A stretch of DNA of 64,000 bases from Takakia lepidozioides (Eukaryota; Plantae; Bryophyta), in the NCBI GenBank assembly GCA_030704615.1, contig CM060731.1:83204001-83268000 (forward strand), in the 5' to 3' direction. The notes under the pieces were generated by a model, which was not told the origin of the DNA, searched no databases, and was given only the letters and a program-made list of their open reading frames with translations. A program made the position numbers and the translations under genes. Of this stretch, positions 12,210 through 26,464 are shown in pieces (position 1 is the stretch's first letter; each line of letters opens with the position of its first letter).

Positions 12210-14003
12210 TGTTAGAGGGCTGTCTGGGACTTAGACAGTTTTACGAGTTCTGTGGGGTATCCTTAATTTTGCGCAGACTTACGGATGGTACACTCAGACC
12301 AACACAAGCCTTAGGGGTGACAGACACAGGCCTTAGGGGTGGTAGACAGGCTTACACAGTCAGTCACAGCCTCACACAGTTAGACACAGCTTGACATAGC
12401 CTAACACAGTCAGTCACAGCCTTACACAGCCTACCATAGTCAAACACAGTCTGACACAGCCTCACACAGCCAGTCACAGCCCGACACAGCTTCACACAGC
12501 CAGTCACAGTCCAACACAGCTTGGCACAGCCCTTCGCAGCGTTCACAGGAAACGATTATCATTGGCAGGGAATGACTGTGTGGGAACGACATCTATAGAG
12601 GGAACGTGCATTCTGTCTTGGATGACAGTTAGTTAGTTAGGCGGTTAGAACAGCTTGTAGGTAGAATAGGCAGAATAGCGACATGGAGGTGTCGAGCGGC
12701 TTTTACTCACCCATCCCTTTGCTATCCGAGGTGGAAACTCCAAGATAGAAGAGTTGGATATCTCTAAGCACTCAGCCCGCTCAGAACAATCAGTCATGAC
12801 CTACAGCTAGTGTATCATGGTTGTGCTTCCTGTTTGTATTTCTTCTTGCTTTCATGTTAACAAATTACTTTGTTGTGTATACTTAAGCATCAGATTGCTT
12901 CAGTAATCTTTCAGGTTCCATTCACTCATCCATTCATTCCACAGCTTCACTCAAGTCTCTCTACACAGTGTGATTGTATTGAATAGGTGTCAGATTAAGA
13001 TTTGTCATGTATCAGGCCGAAGCCATGGTGTCTCTAATCTGCTCTACACTCTAACTCTACAGCTTGCATTCATCAAACATCAGCAGATCGCGTCCCCTCC
13101 ATCACTGTACTCTCCATCCTTGCTCCAGTTCGTGTTCTTCGCATGTTCTCCTCTGCTGATGATCAAGAAGTGCTCTCCTCCCCAATAGTTCTCCCCCACA
13201 GAAGTGTGTCCTCTCCAAGTTGCTACTCTGCCTAATCTATCCGCAAGCTGATCTAACCGCCTAACTAACTAACTGTCATCTCAAGAAGTAAGCACGTTCC
13301 CTCTACAGATGTCGTTCCCACACAGTCGTTCCCTGGCAATGATAACCGTTCCCTACGTACGTTGTGACGGGCTGTGCCAAGCTGTGTTGGGCTGTGACTG
13401 TGTCGAGCTCTGATTGGCTGTGTAAAGCTGTGTCGGGCTGTGACTGGTTGTGCGAAGCTGTGTCGAGCTGTGATAGACTGTGACAGGCTTTTGACATGGC
13501 GGAGGACTATGCACTACAGATGGCAGAGAAGAAACAATGGGGATCTCCTATGCCTGAGAGGTTACCTTGTTATCAACCACAGGAGGGTCAGACATTTCCA
13601 TTTGGTGCTCAATCGCCTCCATCAGCCAGTGACCGGGCTCGGGCTCGCACACAGAGCCCTCCAAAGGACTCTCACCGTCAGAAGGGTGTTCGCTCACAAA
13701 GGTTTGCTGATCCTAAATAGTAGACCGTGAGGACACGGCTTTTTGAGAGGGGGAGGGGTAATGTTAGAGGGTTGTCTGGGACTTAGACACTTTTATGGGC
13801 TTTGTGGGGTACCCTTAGTTTTTGCGCAGACTTACGGATGGTAGACTTAGACCAACAAAGGCCTTAGGGGTGACAGGCACAGGCTTTAGGGGTGGTAGAC
13901 AGGCTTACACACTCAGTCACAGTCTTATACAGTCGTACATAGCCTATCATAGTCTATCACAGCCATACACAGCCTTACACAGCCCGACACAGCCTTATAC
14001 AGT
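12210..14003 (+). mobile_element. Small non-autonomous LTR element (5' LTR from 12210, PPT about 13745-13760, truncated 3' LTR from 13762) with internal foldback
   Basis: TGTTAGAGGG(C/T)TGTCTGGGACTTAGACA occurs at 12210 and 13762; the second copy is preceded by the purine tract GAGAGGGGGAGGGG. CACAGC-type 10-bp-period repeats. No gag or pol. Confidence 0.75.
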
Positions 14004-17000
14004 CTGTATCCGTAGAACCAGTACTAGTATCAGAATCATCTTCCCCCCTGAGGTGTTTCGGTGGCCGAACTTTAAGTGGCTCATCAGGAATCCTGCGTGG
14101 CATATAGTGTTGGCCCACCATGTCTGGAAGCTTAAACTGTACCACTTGGAACAGTGTAAGTATTTCCAGGCTTCATGTCCCTTATAAAAAATATTGTCAG
14201 GACCCAATTTTTCCTTGGTCAAGTTGGTCCAAGCCAAATTAAACCATAAATGAAGTTGGGAATCCTTCTGCAACATGACTTTCGCATCATACAGGTACAT
14301 ATGAGGTGGAACTGAAGGTAAGACCCAATGATCTCCACTGGAAATAACTCAGAAATCTTGACTGCATCTTTTGCTGCTCAATGTGATAACGTGCAATGAA
14401 ACAAGCAGCATAGTACAATCCACAGCCCATGACCAAACTAGATACCTCCTTGGTCTTGGTGTAGATGTACCCATGAACAACCTGGAAGGCAATTAATTCC
14501 TTCAACATGGTGCCTGCCTCAGACCAGTACCTTGCAAAATGATGATCCTCAATGGGTCTATTGTTTGGAAGAACCTTAGTCCGAGTTGCCACTGGCAACC
14601 AAATGCGCATGATCTGGTAATAATGTGCCAATGACTGTGGAGGACTGAATTCCTTCCAAGTCAAATCCATCACAATGGGAATTTGGTTGAAGGGCATAAT
14701 CATAGCCCGATTGTACTCTAGTGCAGCAGGAGTCCTAGGTGGGTTAAAAGCAGCATCCCCCCAAACCTCAGACTATGGCATTGCCATGGTATCAACAGTG
14801 TCAGCCACCTGCACAGCCACCTGCTGTGGGGGCTGTGATATTCCGCCACTGTCCCTCCTATTGCTGACAACTCTTGCACCTCTTGTGATGAAGACTAAAA
14901 AATCAGAGTCCTGGCATGCAAATAAGTAGCTACCAGCTGCTCCTCAGGAACAAAGACTCATTTGTCAATGTTGGAACTCAAGTCATCCACTAGAGTCTGC
15001 AGCCCTTCCACATCATCCTGTAACTCTGCTATCCTACTATAGACATTGTCTATAGTAGTTGTGGCAATGTTTTGCACCTGCAACCTGAGATCATTCATCT
15101 CCCCCTAAGTGAGCTTTCGTGGTGTCTTCCCTTCCACCGGCCCTTGTGTTAACCATACTTGCATAAGATGATTATCCACCAAGTCTTGTGTAGCACCCCT
15201 GAGAGCCTGCTCCTCCTTGAGTCTGTACACATCAAACTGCTGCTGTAAAGCCTCCATGCACTTTGCATGAGGTTCAACTAGGGCCGCATAGGCAGCAGTC
15301 AGATTATTGGCTTCCTTCCAAGCCTTGTTAGCCAACAGAGAGTTCATTCTTTTGGCCCGTGAGTGTTTGCTGCAACTTCAGGATGTACCTTTCTTTTTTA
15401 GCCTCAACCTGACTGTACTGTTGGAAAGTATCCTCATTGCGACAGATTGTAGCCTTCAAATCAGCAATGGGTTTCCCTTGCTCTACGGTCTCAGCCTCCG
15501 CCATCATACATCTCTCTGCTTGTCTGTTAACTTCTAATGCAGTTTGATCCAGAGCAGTTGTTAGTGTGGCACATTGGATGATCATTTTCTGATGAACTGC
15601 CTCCAACTCTGTATGGAGCACCTTCACTTCCTGCAATTTTCCCTCATGCTTCACCTGCAACTGGTATAGCTGTTGCTTACGTGCTTCATGCAACTTCTCC
15701 TGCTCCAGACCCGCTTCAATCAAATTCCCCTTTGCTAGTTGCAGGGCAGCCTTCGTGTCCTCCAATTCTGTCTGCAACTTGAGGTGGGCCTCCACATCCA
15801 CCTTGTTTGCACACTCAGTGGCAATTCTAGCCTCAAACTCCTGCTTGAGTTCCTCCCTCAAAGCTGCCAATTGTGTGGATGGAACATGGGATTTCACATA
15901 AGTGCCCAACAAATTGAGTGTCCTACTTATGGAACTCATAAGCATGGCCTGTTGTGGGTCTTCATGGGAAACTTGTTGATGGTCCTCCTGATTCTCCACA
16001 ATGTGATGTTTCACCAACCATTCAGGCCATGTTCCCACAAGATCTTCTTCCTGAACGACCTCATTCTCCACAGGTGCTGCAGTGCCCTTACATTCTACCC
16101 TTGGGACCTCCTCCACAAGTTCGGGCATCACATGCACAACAGGGATTTCCTTGGTCAAACTCTGCATCTTTGGTACTACTGGTTCCCTGACCAAGCCAGA
16201 GTTTTCATAGAGAAGGTCACCCTTCTCAATTTCTGCCACTACTTGCTCTGTAGTGGGATTGTCCAACCCTTCTCTTTCCAGAGCAATAGGCTCGGGTGTA
16301 ACAGCATGTACTAACTGAGTGACCCTTGGAACAACTGAGTCATCTGGCTGTGGTGGTTGTGGTACCGAGGTGACTTCTTCCTCCCTCTCCAAAGGCCGTG
16401 CTTCCAGCAATAACAGACCTCTGTGCTGCTGCTCCTCATCCTGCACAAGCGCTATAGAAACATCATCATGTGGTTTCCTCATAGCAGTGGATCTGCCACT
16501 ACTGTTGCATCCCCCTTCTGCCTTTTGGACTGGTGTTGCCCCTCCAATCCTCCTTCACCATATGAAGAGCCCTGCAGTGGTTGTTGTCTCAAACACTCCC
16601 ATCTCCTTGCATTCACGCGCATCAAGCAAACCGGAATCGAGGATAATTTGAGCAATTATCGGGCCAGACACAATGATCGGAGACTTAGCAGCAGTGCCCT
16701 GTAACCACTTCATCTCTTCCACCGGACCATTGTACATCAACTCCGCCCAAGCTACATCCTCTCCCCTCAAAGCTTTCAGTATTTCCTCCGTGAATGATCT
16801 GCTAAGGTATTGTTGGTTCTGTTTCATGGCAAACAGAACGTTCAGTATTTGGCCAACTTCCCTTAACCCTGGGTACTCGGCCTTGGTGCAAGTGTATCCT
16901 TGAGTTTTAAATAAACTCGCTTCTTGGAACAAAATGTCTATTTGCAATCTTGCCATGTGTTCATCCACATTTACATGCCCAGATGGCAATTCAAACAGTT

Positions 17001-17417
17001 GCTGCAAGTACTGGGGAGTAATCTCTATATCTACTCCCTCACCTGTGTAACTCCTGTCCGAGGCTCAAAGTTCTGAATAAATTGAATCATATACTTCCGA
17101 GATGCAAGGACCATTCTTTGCGTAGCAGCCCTTCCAATCGCAACTCCTTCAGCAGCTGCACTGCCTGTGGTGTAGCAATTGTTTGCTTTTGCAGAATAGT
17201 GGTGCTCTTCACCCTGATATCCTCCATTCCCCTAACTCTCTTCATCCCAGACAAACAAGAAGGCCTTGTTTGAAACAGCTGTAGGAAAGCTTGCAGGGCA
17301 TAGAGCATAAAGGTATGGTTGGCACAGAAAGGAACGGGTAAGTGCGTGTAAGCCTGTGGGGCTTGCAGATAGTGGGTGAGAGAGAATGTTCTTCCAATCC
17401 GTCCGTCCTTGCGCCAC
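14004..17417 (-). pseudogene. Extra ORF downstream of pol, same sense (env-like position), about 1100 codons, fragmented
   Basis: Consecutive minus ORFs 17232-17417, 17087-17308, 16555-17007, 15328-16482, 15105-15347, 14287-14703 and 13995-14300. Conserved in copy A. Confidence 0.75.
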
Positions 17418-20400
17418 TACGTGAGAAGTAAAGCTAGCGTGTAGTCTGTAATATCCGCCATAGCTACAAAGCTATAGCTTTGATTGCCCTTCCCGTCGAA
17501 ACGCTGGTTATTCGGAGCAACCCCGACTCTTCCGCTCAAAACTTTTCAAATTTCTTGTTCTTGTTTCTTGGAGGAAACCACTTGCATGAAATTCACATTT
17601 CTTATTGGCTGTTGCCTCCTCAGGTAACTTCCAAATTTTACCCTCCTCAGTGGACATTCCCACCTGGAATGTCCACTAGTACAGCACAAGTGGCAAAGGT
17701 CCCCCTTTGCTGTACGTGTAAAGGGTTCCGTTACATGTTTCCTGGATGCATTAATGGGCCCGCAATTAATTTTGGCTGCTGTACCGGGTAGGTACTTCGA
17801 CGGCCCAGTTTGTCTTTTTACATGATGACCCCCGCTATTGCGGTTCATGCAAAGCGGAGCGCTTTGCCCCTTAGGCCATGTGTTCGAATTCAAACACTCT
17901 GATGTTGCCCTCTGTCCGCGTGGCTTTTTCTCCGAGTTTGACTCCCAAGCTGACCTTACACTTACCGGCCACTTTTCTGATGTTAACCCGCGTCCACCTG
18001 TCACTGACCCTATGGACTGTGCAACCCGCGTAGGTTGTGTTGGGCTGTGACAGGCTATGTCAAACTGTGGTAAACTATAATAGGCTGTGTGATGCTGTGA
18101 TGGGCTGTGATAGGCTGTGTCATACCGTGGTGGGCTGTGATAAGCTGTGTTAAGCTGTGGTAGGCTGTAATAACTGTGCGAACACCCGTGTTCTCCGCTC
18201 AGGCCATACACATTTGGCTTTACGACAAGTGCTTCATGCTCCGTTGGTATCACTGGTGCAGGCTGTGATGGCATTTGTGTTTCAAGATGCAAATCATGCT
18301 GCAATGGTTTATCATGGATACCACTGTATCCCTTCAACTTATTGGCATTAACTCTTCCAAGCATCTCTTTGTTAATGGTTTGTAATATGGCTGTGTTGTT
18401 ATCATACATCTTCTGTATGATATAAGGTCCTTTCCATGGTGACTTAAGCTTAGAAGCTTTAATCTTTCCCTTCTTCTGCAACCACAGAACCAAATCACCC
18501 GTCTTAAAAGTTTTCAGTCTACCTTCATCAAATTGATCTTTCCTCTTCATCTAAATTCTGGTCATGTTATCTGCTGCATCAGCACGTACTTCTTCCACAT
18601 GATATAATTCATGTTTCCTGACTTTAATTGAATCTTCCAATTCCATTCTCCTTCCCCATTCAGTTCTCATGGTAGGTAATAAGAATTCCACTAGTAGTAA
18701 AGCTTCCATACCATAAACTAATTGGAATGGTGTATACTTGGTGGTGACTTTATATGAAGTTCTATATGACCACAAAGCTGTCAGCAGCTTTGTATCCCAA
18801 TCTGTTTTGTTTGCATTGACTATCTTAGCTAAAATAGTGCATAGTATTTTGTTGGTGGCCTCTGCCTGCCCATTACCCTGTGGGTAATAGGTTGTACTCT
18901 TCATGAACTCTTTAGTCAATAATTCTATGGTCTCATTAATGAAGTGACTTCCCTGGTCACTGATAAATTCCAAGGGACAGCCAAATCTTGTAAATATGTT
19001 CTCATACATGAACCTTGTTGTAGACTTAGTTGTGTTGTCCCTCAGAGCCTTAGCTTCCACCCACTTTGTAGTATAATCAGTGGCTCTGATTATATACTTG
19101 TTCTGTGTATTTCTGGCTGGTGGGTTTATCGGTCCAACAAAGTCTAGTCCCCATTTCTGAAATGGTTCAGTAGGCATCGTAGGATGCAAAGCCATCTTCC
19201 CCGATCTTTGCAAAGGTCCTAGCCTCTGACACTCATCACAACTCTTGCAATACTTGTGTACATCTTTAAACAAAGTAGGCCACCAGTAACCTGCAAGTAG
19301 TATTTTTCTACTGGTAGTCTCCTCTTCAAAATGTCCTCCAGCCACTCCTTTATGTACTTCCTCCAAAACTTTATTTACTTCATGGTGGTACAAGCATCGT
19401 TTAAGAACTCCATCAGGTCCTAGCTTATACAATCTGACACCTATCATAGTGTAAGGTAAAGCCTTGATAGCTATTCTCTTCCTCTGTTCTTTCCCATAAC
19501 TGGGTAGGCACTGACCATGAGTAAGGTAGTATCTGATTGGCCACTGCCAATCTAGCCATTCATCTGCACTTCCTTGCACCTCCACTGCAAATAGACTCGC
19601 ATCAGGTAGTTGGTCGTCTACTCCCGTGGCGGGCTCTCCTGTTGATAGGCGTGACAAGTGATCTGCCACAAGATGTAAACGGCCAGGCTTGTAAACAACT
19701 TCAAATTCAAACTCGTGCAAGATTATTAACCATCTTGCTATCCTGCCACTTATCAAAGGCTTGTTCACCAGATAAATCAAAGCCTGATGATCCACATAAA
19801 ACATAAATTTCTTGACTGCATAAATCATTGCCAATGCTTCTCTTTCAGTGGTGCTAATAGTTCTTTTCAGCACTGTTCAATAACCTGCTAGCATAGTACA
19901 CAGGTGAATCTATGTTTCCTGTGATATTTTGGGCTAACACAGCTCCCAATGCTTCTCCTGAGGCATCACAGTGTACATGAAATACTACATGTCAGTGAGG
20001 GTTAATCAGCACAGGTGAAGTTGTTACTGACAATGTAAGTTCCTCAAAAGCCTGTTGACATTCAGCTGTCCATGTAAACACTACATCCTTCTTCAGAAGC
20101 TTGCTCAAAGGTGCTGCCATCTGTGCATCCCGTCTGACAAATCTTATGTAGTAACTGGTTTGTCCAAGGAATCTCCTTAGTCTTTTAGCATTTCCTGGTG
20201 GTGGAGATGCTTTAATGGCCTCTGTCTTTCTGGGATCCACAAGCAGTCCCCTCTTACACACAATGTGTCCCAGAAGTACCCCTGAATTTACACATAAAGT
20301 ACACTTTTCTGGATTCAGACCAAGACCTCTCATCCTGCATCTGGCCAAACATAATTCCAACTTCTGCAAATGCTCATTCTTAGAGCTGTACACACTGAAG

Positions 20401-22297
20401 TCATAAATCATCCAGATACTCGTGAAAAGATTCACTTATCACCCTCTGGAAAGTTGCTGGTGCATTACAAAGTCCAAAAGGCATGACTTTATAGGCATAA
20501 GCACCCCAGTCTGTGATGAAAGCTGTCTTTCCCTGGTCTTCTTCCGCCACTTGCACTTGGTTATATCCACTGAAGCCATCCATGAATGAATACATCTCAT
20601 GGCCTGCCACAGTGTCTAGTACCGCTTATGTGAATGACAAAGGAAATGGATCTTTCTTTGTACAAGCATTCAACTTCTTATAGTTCACACAAACTCTCAG
20701 TTTGTCATTCTTCTTGGGAACTATCACAATGGGTGACAACCAAGTTGTATACTCTATTGGGTATATGAACTTAGCCTCAGCCAACTTCTTGATCTCTTCC
20801 CCAACCTTCTGTGCATAGTTGGGATTCATCCTGTACCTTGTGTGTTTGATTGGTACTGACCTTGGTTCCAGTTCAATCTTATGCTGACAAATCTCAGGGG
20901 GTATCCCTTTCAGATCCTCATAGCTCCATGCAAATATATCTTTGTATTTGATAAATAGGCTCTTAGCCTCCTCAAAGAATTCTGGCTCCAAGTCAGCCCC
21001 TACTTCACCATTCTTGGTTCGTCCTCAGTTCCCACATTCACGTCTCTCACCTGCTCTTCAGCTGTGATTGTCCATCCAGCCACTACTTCATCCTGTAAAC
21101 TCATAGTGGCTGGTTCTTCTAGGATTTCCATTTCTCCCTCTCTTTCCTCATAGAAATGTGGTGGGTAACTACTTGTTTCCCCCTCAATTGGTGTTGCTGT
21201 TACTGCACCACAACAGATACCTTTAAAACAACTCAGGCCTCCTAGTTGCATTTCTGCAACCTGCTCCCACTTTGGGTGCGCAGCAAACAGGGTAGCTTCT
21301 GCTCCTCATCGAGTCCTCCCCTCTAGTCATACTCTCTGACTCCACGAGGTCTTCTGGTAGCAGGTAGCCTACTAGATTTCTTAGTGGTGACATGTATCTT
21401 GTGCTTCCCATCATGCACAGTCAGTAACTGGGAATTCCAGTCATGGAATACCCTGGCCTGTTTCAGCCATGGTCGACCCAGCAATAAGGAGTAAGCTTCC
21501 ATGACATCATCCATTTTCAACACAGTCACTGTGATCTTAAAAATCATCTCTTGGATCTGTATCTTTACTCCTCTTATCAAGCCTAAAGGTTGTACACTCC
21601 TTTGATCTGCCATTGTTACTGTAAATGGGGTTGGTTTCATGTTACTCAGACCAAGCTTCTGCCTTAATTGGTTTGTCATAATATTCACTCCCGAGCCTCC
21701 ATCTATCAGTACATCAGTCAAGTCTGTGCTTCCAATTCTCAATTGGATTACTGGCATAGAATCATCAAAGTCCATGACTGTTTCTCGCCCTTCAGGCCTC
21801 ACATTATAACTTGTCACCTTGTTGTTCAGGTCTGTGTTCTCTGTCACATGAGCAATCTGATTAATTGCTTGATACAGCCTGTGCCTACAATGAGGTGCCA
21901 CATCCAATAGCTGTCCAATGGTAATCTCAGCTTTGGTCTGGCATATTACTTCAGCCAAAATCCCTTCATTACTCTGCACTTGTGCAGCTTCTTTCTTCAC
22001 TTCATCTTCACCATCTCCATCTTCTCTATCAGAGTCAGAAGTATCTGCCATAGGGTTATCAGTATTCTTCTGCATTTCCCTTATGGTGTCAGCCACTTCC
22101 CTGTGTAGTTCCTTCTCATCTCTCCAAGCCTCATCATCTTCAGGCACATCACTCTCATTACCATCTTCTTCCTCATCCACTGGAGGTATTAGTTTAGCTT
22201 TGCTTTTGGTTACTATCATTGTACTTACTTCTGGTACAAAACATGGCCTAACCATGTGAGCTGCCACCACGGGGCCCTCATTCACAGGAGCTCTCAT
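14004..22297 (-). mobile_element. Ty3/gypsy copy B (non-chromovirus, Athila/Tat-related), degenerate, LTRs not seen
   Basis: Protease LIDGGSG (21323-22297), RT LSPIVIVPKK...DGFSGYNQ...MPFGL (20401-20991), RT/RNaseH (19.9-20.4 kb), integrase GHF...CDEC...WGLDFVGP...SDQG...GQAEATN (18551-19873), GPY-type tail, then an extra ORF. Confidence 0.93.
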
Positions 22298-23877
22298 CTA
22301 TAATCACAGCCACTGATTATACCACAAAATGGGTGGAAGCTAAGGCTATGAGGGACAACACAGCTAAGTCCACAGTAAGGTTTCTTTATGAGAACATCAT
22401 AACAAGATTTGGCTGTCCCTTAGAGTTTATCAGTGATCAAGGAAGTCATTTCATTAATGAGATCATTGAACTGTTGACTAAGGAGTTCATGATTGTGCAC
22501 AGGAAGAGTACAACCTATTACCCACAGGGCAATGGGCAGGCAGAGGCCACCAACAAGATATTGTGCACTATCTTGGCTAAGATAGTCAATGCTAACCGAA
22601 CAGACTGGGATACAAAGCTGTTAACAACTTTGTGGTCTTACAGGGCTTCATACAAAGTTACCACGAGGTATACACCATTCTAATTAGTCTATGGCATGGA
22701 AGCTTTACTTCTAGTGGAATTCTTATTACCTACCATGAGAATTGAATGGGGAAGGAGAATGGAATTGGAGGATTCAATTAAAGTAAGGAAACAAGAACTA
22801 TATCATGTGGAAGAAGTACGTGCTGATGCAGCAGATAACATGGCCAGAATTCAGATGAAAAGGAAGGATCGGTTTGATGAAGGCAAACTGAAGACTTTTA
22901 AGACGGGTGATTTGGTATTGTGGTTGCAGAAGAAGGGAAAGATTAAAGCTTCTAAGCTTAAATCACCATGGAAAGGACCTTATGTTATACAGAAAATGTA
23001 TGATAACAACACAGCTATGTTACAAACCATAAACAAAGAGATGCTTGGTAGAGTCAATGCCAACAAATTGAAGGGATACAGTGGTATCCATGATAGACCA
23101 TTGCGGCATGATTTGCATCTTGAAACACAGATGCAGTCATGGACTACACCAGTAGCACCAGCGGAGCATGAAGCACTTGTCATAACGCCGAATGTGTATG
23201 TCCATAGCAGTGAACACATGTGTTCACACAGCCAACACAACCTACCACAGTCTGTCACAGCTTGTCATAGCCCATCACAAGCAACACAACCCACACAGGT
23301 TGCACAGTCCATGGGAGCAGTGACAGGTGGACACGAGTTAACGTCAGTAAAGTGGCTGGTAAGTATGAAGACAGTTTGGGAGTCAAACTCGGAGAACATG
23401 CCATGGGGACAGAATGAGACAGGAGAGTGTTTGAATTCAAACACGTGGCCTAAGGGGGGAAGCACACCGCATTGCATGTACTGCAATAACGAGCGCCATC
23501 ATACAAGAAGACAAACAGGGCCGTCAAAGTACCTACCCGGTACATCAGCCAAAACTTATCATGAGCCCATTAATGCATCAAGAGGACAGGTAACGGAACA
23601 CTTTACGCGTCCGGCCAAGGGAAACCTTTGCCACATATGCAATCCTAGTGGTCATTCTAAGATGGAATGTGAACAGAATAGGGTAAAAATGAAAAATTAC
23701 CTAATGAGGCAACGGCCAATCAGCAACTTGTATTTTGTGCGAGAGACTCCATTCAAGAAACAAGAACAAAAAATTAAGAAGATTATGAGCGGAAGAATAG
23801 GTGTTATCCCGGATAACCAATGTCTCGACAGGAGGGGCAATCAAAGCTATAGCTTTGTAGCTATGGCGGATATCACA
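22298..23877 (+). mobile_element. Ty3/gypsy copy A integrase C-terminal half and post-pol region, inverted relative to 3868-6056
   Basis: [16 protein letters not shown]...GQAEATN...KGPY is nearly identical to copy B. The segment ends in GATATCACA (23869-23877), the reverse complement of the TSD at 6048-6056. Confidence 0.9.
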
Positions 23878-26464
23878 GGGGGCTGCTATTTCATGAGCGG
23901 CATGAGCATGAGCGGAAAAAAAAAAAGCATGAGCGGGCCATTGTGTGTCCACGGAAATAGGGTTAGGAGGCACAGAAATAGGGTCATGTGGACTCGTCAT
24001 AGCAATGAAATGCAACATTTTATTGCAAATTTGGTGGCAAGCCACGTCTATACAAGTGTGTCCTAACTGTCATAGCAGGAATGGGAACCTCTCTACTACA
24101 CCCTCCGAGGAACTTGCCCCTCCTTCTTCCTCATCCCCCCCATCCCCCCATCCTCCCAGCTCTGTGATGCATCGGTTGCACTATGCCTCTCAAAAATTCC
24201 GTCCTCTCCTTGGGGGACTGTCCACCTCACCTCCTAGGAATCTTCTGCCTCTTCTCCCCCACTTTCCTCAGTAGAATCCAAGACAAATCTACGAGCCCGA
24301 CGGGCTCTAATAGCTGCAGCCTCCTCCCTCATCTTCATTTTCTTGAGGCTTGCCTCGTCTAAAATCTGCTATACACGACTAGGTTCGGAAGACCTCCTAA
24401 TGGACACCGAAGCAAGCCGGGCAGCATAAGTAGGAAGGATGTAGTCCCTTTCTGGACTAGGCATGAAATCCCCCCTGGCAAAAAAAGGCACGTTCCTCCT
24501 GCCCATGAACTCCGGTGTAGACGTCCCTCCTGCAGTACTTGACATCCTACAGTAAGAACAAATCCACTTCAAGAATGTCAATACCAGCACAAGCAGAAAG
24601 GGTCTTTCAATGAAATAAGAGAGCGAAGGGAGGTGCCTCACGAAATCAGGAGGCAACTGCGACCACTCACATGTAAACCGGGGGCTCCTCGGCCTCGATC
24701 CCAACTTGTTCCTCCCCTTGCTCCTTCTCGGATTTTTCCTCATCCTCCGAGGATGCCTCTTCCTCTTTCGGCAAACGTTCAGCCGCTGCAAGTTCCGAGT
24801 TGTGGAGGGCAGTATCTGGCTCGAAGGCGAACACATGCCTGTCGGACAATGTCCCTGCCCACATTGAAGCACCTGAGGAACAAAGCGGGCGGTTAATAGC
24901 TTGCGGCATGCAAATTGCAATCGGGCCAGGGGACAAACTGAGCACGTGAAGGCTTACCCGTGCCGCATGTGAGGTCAAGAATCCGCCCTTGGACATCCGA
25001 GCACGTCTCCATGAGGGTTTGGATGAAAACAGGGCTCTGGGTCCGGCTGTACCGCCACAGTTTGCCTGTCTTTGTGTCCTTTGGCATACTGGAGTGGGGC
25101 ACATAGTTGTAGAGGACATCGTAGGTAACAGGGTCCACAACGGCACCAACAAGACGACCGTCGTTGCGGAATTTGAACGTAGACCCTCTCTTCACAAAGA
25201 AATATGCCTCAAACACCAATGTCTGCACATCCAACAAAAGAGGGATCAACTCCGGGATCTAGTTTAGATACACCACAATATGAGGTGAATGCAATAGATT
25301 GATAACTTACACTTTGGCCCTCTGTTCGCAACCCCTGTGTATTGATGCAGAACCATTTTTTGAGGAGGACCGGGGTGACACTTTTCGGTGTCCATCTTGC
25401 CACAACATTCTCTGTGGTCTTCCCTCTTGAGGTAAGGACAACCACACATCCACCGTCATCCAGGAGCATCCCCGCCAGCCCAAACCCGGCTTTCCAGTAG
25501 TCCTCAGTAAACCTGTTCAAGGTGAGCACACCATCCAGGCCCTCCAGCAGCTCCCCATCTGGAATGTCGAGGAGAATCATATCGCAAGCTATCTCCACCT
25601 CAATCCCCCCCCCCCCCCGAGTGCTCTTGCAATCCGTGCTCACAACCGTGAAGAATTGCATCATGGCTTCCAAACCAGGGGTGTCTTTAGGCTCTGTACC
25701 GGCAGCCCTCTTCTTGGCTTTCCCCTTCTGCTCCTCCAGAGACTTGCTGTGTGCCACCTTCTTCGCCCTGGTAGCCAGAGAGTCAAGGAAGCTCTCATTG
25801 ACGCATTGGATGATGGTTGGGGGTTCTAGCTTTGGCCTGTGCGTAAACGTCACCGCCGAATACCGCCGTGTAGGCTCGCCCTCAAATGCCAACTTCTTGG
25901 CAGAGCCAGTCCCACTCCGAACTGACTTGGGAACCCGGACGACCGGTGACTTGGTAGCAGCAGCAGCAGTCGCAGGACCTTGAACAAAGTCGTCGTCGGA
26001 GTCACTCCCTTGGGTCCCCTCCTGCGCCTCCTCCGGTGCTGTTTTTTGGGGGTTACTGTACTCCCCTGTTTCCGTGTCCTTTTCTTTTGGCCTTTATTCT
26101 TCTCATTCAATTTCTCCAGAATTCCTGCCTGAGCAAGCTCTGCCGCTTTCCTGGAGTTCGCAAGCACTTTTGCCTCCTTTGGACCCAGCGGAGGCAGCGG
26201 AGCCCGGTTTCGTCGAGCCTCAGCATCCAGCTTCAATTGAAACTCGGATGGGTCGAGCGAGCCGGGCGGAAGGTCCACATACCAAGGGCAATCACGCAAA
26301 TGTTTCAGATGCCACTCCTTCACAATAATGTCAGTGTACATGGAGTCAGCCCCAGGGTTCCTTTATGCCAGGAAGAATGGTGGCTCGAAGGATAGATGAC
26401 CTTTCTCCAAAAGGGAGAACTTGCAGTACCTGCATTCATGAAAAACACAGAATGAGGTCCCTGA

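Noticed and set aside
22696-24066. 456-aa ORF as a single gene
   Set aside because: It is a gypsy post-integrase frame reading through the MULE TIR at 23878 by chance.
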